A stretch of DNA of 64,000 bases, from NCBI GenBank assembly GCA_963667725.2, contig CAXXHO010000003.1:192001-256000 (forward strand), given 5' to 3'. Below the pieces are notes generated by a model. It saw only the letters and a list, made by a program, of their open reading frames with translations. It made no database searches and had not been told where the DNA came from. This DNA is from Treponemataceae bacterium (GTDB lineage Bacteria; Spirochaetota; Spirochaetia; Treponematales; Rectinemataceae). A program made the translations under genes and the position numbers. Shown here piece after piece: positions 59,927 to 64,000 of the stretch (positions are counted from its first letter, which is position 1; every line of letters begins with the position of its first letter).

Positions 59927-60499
59927 TCAGTTGGCGGAAACGGAGAACATGAGCCGGTCGGAATAGCTGCCGTTCGCGGCCGATTGAGGAACATCGCGGA
60001 TAGCGAGGGCGACGCTGAAGGGTTCGCTGTATTTGGAGGATTTTCCCGATGCGGCGAAGGAGAAGCTACCGCCCTCGGCCGTCGACGCTGTGTCGCCGAA
60101 GTATAGTTCGTAGGGAATCGCGGCTCTTTCGGTTCCGCTCAGGTCCCTGAGCGCGCCACCATTGGCGGAATGGACCTTGACGGTATAGGAAGAAGTCACA
60201 TTGGAGAAAAGGCTGGCGTTTCCGAGATGCACCACGGCTCCCGTCCTTATCTCGAACCGGAGATTGTCGTTCGGGGCATAGGCTGCGTTGCTGGGTACCA
60301 TCCCGTCGGCGGGGATATAGCCGGTGAGGTTGGCGCTGGCGTCGTTGGAAAAGTCGAGTGAAAGCTTGAGTACGGCGGGAACCACGGCGACGATCTGGAT
60401 GGAGACACTTTTGGAGTTGGACGTTTTCTGGGCATAGGCTCCGGTGAGCGTCACCAGGGCGAGCATCGCGAAAACCGCCGATCGCAAAAACCGCTTCAT
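59927..60499 (-). CDS. Secreted beta-rich hypothetical protein (pilin/spore coat U-like pattern)
   Basis: Signal peptide ending AYA; YTVKVHSANGG, IPYEL, C-terminal GSYSDRLMFSVSAN strand; RBS AAGGAG. Confidence 0.65.
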   Translation of the reverse strand: MKRFLRSAVFAMLALVTLTGAYAQKTSNSKSVSIQIVAVVPAVLKLSLDFSNDASANLTGYIPADGMVPSNAAYAPNDNLRFEIRTGAVVHLGNASLFSNVTSSYTVKVHSANGGALRDLSGTERAAIPYELYFGDTASTAEGGSFSFAASGKSSKYSEPFSVALAIRDVPQSAANGSYSDRLMFSVSAN

Positions 60500-60780
60500 T
60501 CCTTCTCCTTATCCATCCTATACTTTAAATAATACAGGAGAAGGAAATGCTTGCTATTGTCGTAAGACCCGGTTTAGAGGCCTTATCGACGGCATGTCGT
60601 CTTTTTATTTGAAGGACTGTCGGCGTTTTTCTCCAAAATCTCCAATAGGTTAAAAAATGTGGAGCGAATTGTTAAAAGGTCTAAAATCTCCATTATCTCC
60701 AACGCCGGATTTCATGAGCGGAAAATATGGAAAATGAAGGTAGTTTAAAAAAGGCGCGGTTTTGGACCGCGCCGCAGAAT

Positions 60781-61803
60781 TCATCGGGAGATGGAGGTCA
60801 ATTCCATTTCGAAGACGAGAAAGGCATCGGCGGGAATCACGCCGCTTATGCCGGAGGCGCCGTAGGCCAGCTCGGGCGGAATGACGACGAGCCGCTTTTC
60901 GCCCTTGCGCATGGTGGACACGACCTTGTCCCAGCCTTCGATTATCTCGCCCGTTCCGACGCGGAACTTGAAGGGACCGCCCGCGAGGGCTGACTGGTCG
61001 AAAACGGTGCCGTCGAGCAGCATGCCTTTGTAGATCACCGAGACGGTATCTCCCTTGGTTGGCACATCGCCAAAACCTTTGCGGATTACCTTCTGGAAAA
61101 TGCCGAATTCGTCCTTGATCGCGTCGGGCCATTTGGCGGAGATTGCCGCCATATCCGATGCCTGTTTGGCCTGGGCGGCGGATCGAAGCGCGGCGTAGGA
61201 GGCGCTGAGTCTTTCGTCCCAGGCTTTTTGGGAAACGTCGAATGCCTTGGCTTTAGCGCCCACGCGCTCGATGCGCGCCTTTTTGATCGCGTCGCCCACG
61301 GCGATGGAGTTCACGACATCCATGCCTTCCACAACCTTGCCGAATACGGAGTGTTTTCCGTCCAGCCAGGCCGCGTCGCCGAGGGTAATGAAAAACTGGC
61401 TTCCATTCGTGTTGGGACCGGCATTGGCCATTGAAACCACGCCGGGACCTTCATGCTTAAGTTCGGGGGAAAATTCGTCGGGGAATTTATAGCCGGGACC
61501 GCCGGAACCATTGCCGAGGGGATCTCCGCCCTGAATGACGAATCCCGGTTCCACCCTATGGAAGGTGATGCCGTCGTAATATGGTTTGCCCTTGCTGGCG
61601 TCGAGCTTGCCTTCGGCGAGTCCCACGAAGTTGCCGACCGTGAGAGGGGTCTTCTCAAATTCGAGGGAGAGCACGATGTCTCCTTTCGTCGTCTCGAGGA
61701 CGGCATAGAGCCCATCGGGTCTTTCGCTGGTCTGGCAGGAGACCATGCCTGAGGCCGCCGATAAAAAGACAAGCGCAAGTATCAGCTTATTTATCCGTTT
61801 CAT
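60781..61803 (-). CDS. Peptidyl-prolyl isomerase, cyclophilin + FKBP fusion, probable lipoprotein
   Basis: Signal ending [38 protein letters not shown] motifs [28 protein letters not shown]. Confidence 0.92.
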   Translation of the reverse strand: MKRINKLILALVFLSAASGMVSCQTSERPDGLYAVLETTKGDIVLSLEFEKTPLTVGNFVGLAEGKLDASKGKPYYDGITFHRVEPGFVIQGGDPLGNGSGGPGYKFPDEFSPELKHEGPGVVSMANAGPNTNGSQFFITLGDAAWLDGKHSVFGKVVEGMDVVNSIAVGDAIKKARIERVGAKAKAFDVSQKAWDERLSASYAALRSAAQAKQASDMAAISAKWPDAIKDEFGIFQKVIRKGFGDVPTKGDTVSVIYKGMLLDGTVFDQSALAGGPFKFRVGTGEIIEGWDKVVSTMRKGEKRLVVIPPELAYGASGISGVIPADAFLVFEMELTSISR

Positions 61804-61941
61804 TCTTTCCTCCGCGTAAACCAGCGTTACCATATCAGAAATACCGCGCCGATGAAAGATCCGTCCCGGCCATTTCTTCCCGGCTCTTGACGGCGGAAAG
61901 CGCGCGGGCAATGATGCCTTAAGGAAAAGCAAGGAGCTGAA

Positions 61942-62433
61942 ATGGCGGAATTGGAATACAAGAGACCCACCTGGGATGAATACTTTATGGAAGTTTGCAA
62001 TGCCATAGCCAAGCGAGCGACCTGCGACCGGGGAAGGTCGGGCTGCGTCATCGCCAAGGACAACCAGATACTGGCCACCGGCTATGTGGGAGCCCCCAGC
62101 GGACTGCCGCATTGCGACGAAGTAGGCCATCAGCTCAAGAAGCTCATCCATGAGGACGGGACGGTTACCCAGCATTGCGTCCGCACCGTGCACGCCGAAC
62201 AGAACGCCATCTGCCAAGCCGCGCGCAGGGGGGTCGCCATACAGGGCGCCACGCTTTACTGCCGCATGACTCCCTGCCGAACCTGCGCCATGATGATCAT
62301 CAACTGCGGCATCGTGCGGGTCATATGCGAGCGGCGATACCACGACGGAGCCGAGAGCGAGGAGATGTTCAGGACCGCCGGCGTGGTCTTGGAGTATGTA
62401 TTCGACGAAGTCCAGCAGTACAAGAACCAGTAA
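61942..62433 (+). CDS. dCMP deaminase family (ComEB-like)
   Basis: [20 protein letters not shown]. Confidence 0.92.
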   Translation: MAELEYKRPTWDEYFMEVCNAIAKRATCDRGRSGCVIAKDNQILATGYVGAPSGLPHCDEVGHQLKKLIHEDGTVTQHCVRTVHAEQNAICQAARRGVAIQGATLYCRMTPCRTCAMMIINCGIVRVICERRYHDGAESEEMFRTAGVVLEYVFDEVQQYKNQ

Positions 62434-62516
62434 GGGGAGCCGTTCGCCGCCGGGCATCTTCAGCCCGCGAATCTCCTGATTGCATAAAACCTTCGCTTGC
62501 CTGTAAAGTACGGAAC

Positions 62517-63350
62517 GTGAGCATCAACGTAGTTTTCATCGGCGAGATCGTGGGCAAAAGCGGCGTCTTCGCCCTCAAGTCCACTCTGCCCGAGATAAAG
62601 GCCAGATATAAGCCCGATTTCATCATCGCCGACGCCGATTCAGCGACCGGCGGCGCCGGGCTCGGCGTGCAGCATGCCGTCTATCTCCGCAAGCTGGGCA
62701 TAGACTGCCTCACCGTCGGCGATTGCGCCTACTACAAGATCGACATGACCGAATTCTATCCGAAAGCCGGCTGGGTGCTTCGCCCGGCCAACTATCCCTA
62801 TGAGAATCCAGGCAGAGGATGGAAGATCTTCCAGACTCCGGCCGGCAAGATCGCCGTCGTCACGCTGCTGGGACAGGCGGGCTTCCCTCGCGTGCATTTG
62901 GAAAATCCCTTTCCCGCGATTGATCACATTATCGATAGGATAGCCGCCGACACAAAGGCCATCGTCGTGGATTTCCACGCCTCGACGACGGCTGAAAAGC
63001 TCACGCTTTCCAGCTATGTCGACGGCAGGGTTTCGGCGGTCGTGGGGAGCCACTGCAAGGCGCTTACGGCGGACGCGCGCTTGATGAAAAATGGAACGGC
63101 GGCGATTACCGATTGCGGCCGAACCGGCAGTATATTATCTGTCGGGGGCATGAATCCGGATGCCCGCGTAAAGGAATTCATGACTGCGGTCCGCGTCTGG
63201 GAAGGCGACGGGACCCTTGGGCTGGAAGTTCAAGGCTGCTTTTTCCGTATAGGCGATTCGGGCAAGGCCGAACGCATGGAAAGCTTCAGGATCCCCTGCA
63301 AGGAGACGATCGATGAAAGAGATAGCAACGGTAAAGAAGATAAACGGTAA
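62517..63350 (+). CDS. YmdB/TIGR00282-family metallophosphoesterase homologue with a degenerate metal site
   Basis: [39 protein letters not shown] start inferred. Confidence 0.8.
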   Translation: MSINVVFIGEIVGKSGVFALKSTLPEIKARYKPDFIIADADSATGGAGLGVQHAVYLRKLGIDCLTVGDCAYYKIDMTEFYPKAGWVLRPANYPYENPGRGWKIFQTPAGKIAVVTLLGQAGFPRVHLENPFPAIDHIIDRIAADTKAIVVDFHASTTAEKLTLSSYVDGRVSAVVGSHCKALTADARLMKNGTAAITDCGRTGSILSVGGMNPDARVKEFMTAVRVWEGDGTLGLEVQGCFFRIGDSGKAERMESFRIPCKETIDERDSNGKEDKR

Positions 63351-63720
63351 GATAGTCCATGTCGCCATAGCGATGCACGACGGCTGCGCCTCCTGCATCA
63401 ACAATACCTGCAAGGCGGGACGCGGCGATCTCCAGAGCTACAACGCCCACGACCTCGATGTACTCGAAGGCGATGAGGTGGAAATCGAGGTCGCCGGAAA
63501 GGAACAGGCCAGGGGAGCCTTCTGGATACTCGGCCTGCCGCTTATCGCTTTGTTCGCGGGGTATGGCCTCGGCCGCCTTTTCTTTCCCACGACAACCGAA
63601 ACGCCGGCTGTCATCTCCGCGGGCGCGCTTTTCGTCCTGACGCTCGGCGTTGGCGCCCTGATACAGAAAGGTAGAAAGAACGACTCCCTGCCCGTGATAA
63701 CGAGGAAATGCGGCGCCTGA
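63313..63720 (+). CDS. RseC/MucC family membrane protein
   Basis: CASC...C motif, GDEVEI, two C-terminal TM segments. Confidence 0.78.
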   Translation: MKEIATVKKINGKIVHVAIAMHDGCASCINNTCKAGRGDLQSYNAHDLDVLEGDEVEIEVAGKEQARGAFWILGLPLIALFAGYGLGRLFFPTTTETPAVISAGALFVLTLGVGALIQKGRKNDSLPVITRKCGA

Positions 63721-63836
63721 CCATTTGTTTCTACTTCTAGAAATCTGCGTTTGACTCCAGCCCTGATCGGTGAAATAATAAAAACGCCAGCGTTGCTGGT
63801 GTTTTTAGACATCATGAGGCACATGGAGATAGGCGG

Positions 63837-64000
63837 ATGAAACGATCATTTTCTTTCTGTCTTGCCGCGGTACTGCTTCTTGCCGCAACGGTAGCTGGCG
63901 CGGCGCCAAAGTCCGAGGATTACTATCAGGTGTATTCGGGTGAACTCACGACCTTGAATTACCTCGTCACTGCCGGTACGAACGAGCATGAGATGATCGC
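63837..64000 (+). CDS. Peptide ABC transporter substrate-binding protein (OppA-like), truncated by the window end
   Basis: MKRSFSFCLAAVLLLAATVAGAAPKSEDYYQVYSGELTTLNYLVT...; signal peptide and ELTTLNYL motif. Confidence 0.6.
   Translation, partial: MKRSFSFCLAAVLLLAATVAGAAPKSEDYYQVYSGELTTLNYLVTAGTNEHEMI

Noticed and set aside
61804..62457. Apparent 218-aa N-terminal extension of the PPIase ORF
   Set aside because: It overlaps the dCMP deaminase on the opposite strand; the start at 61803 has an RBS and a signal peptide

Overview
GC-rich bacterial chromosome segment, most consistent with an anaerobic spirochaete (Treponemataceae/Rectinemataceae-like). This taxonomy is an inference from gene content: a TP0788-0790-like MMPL/LolA-like module, spirochaete-type EF-G and a plastid-type acyltransferase. 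About 60 CDS and two tRNAs (Cys-GCA, Ala-GGC); I saw no transposase, integrase, prophage, CRISPR or rRNA. Main blocks: TetR-MMPL-LolA-like-outer membrane protein operon; trpB2; small Cys protein-pirin; hslO-ttcA-thpR; sigma54-type promoter ahead of a polyferredoxin and an unknown partner; udk; ispH-nitroreductase; arcC; yajC-secDF; CHASE-receiver protein; rhomboid; GAF/HD-GYP; a GntR-associated catabolic locus (TPP enzyme, aminotransferase, asd, TAXI-TRAP); pruA; pstSCAB-phoU-phoB-phoR; ilvN-(ilvC remnant)-leuA-cimA-leuB-ilvB; azlCD; rlmL-like-zwf-pgl-GH16; fusA and a KaiC-like ATPase; osmC; dual-domain PPIase; dCMP deaminase; degenerate YmdB; rseC; start of an oppA-like gene. The best candidates for undescribed biology are the GntR locus, whose two flanking promoters share a 35-bp heptad-repeat element, the sigma54-driven Fe-S membrane module, the kinase-less CHASE-receiver protein and the duplicated operator at trpB2. 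All calls come from manual motif recognition; no database search was run.
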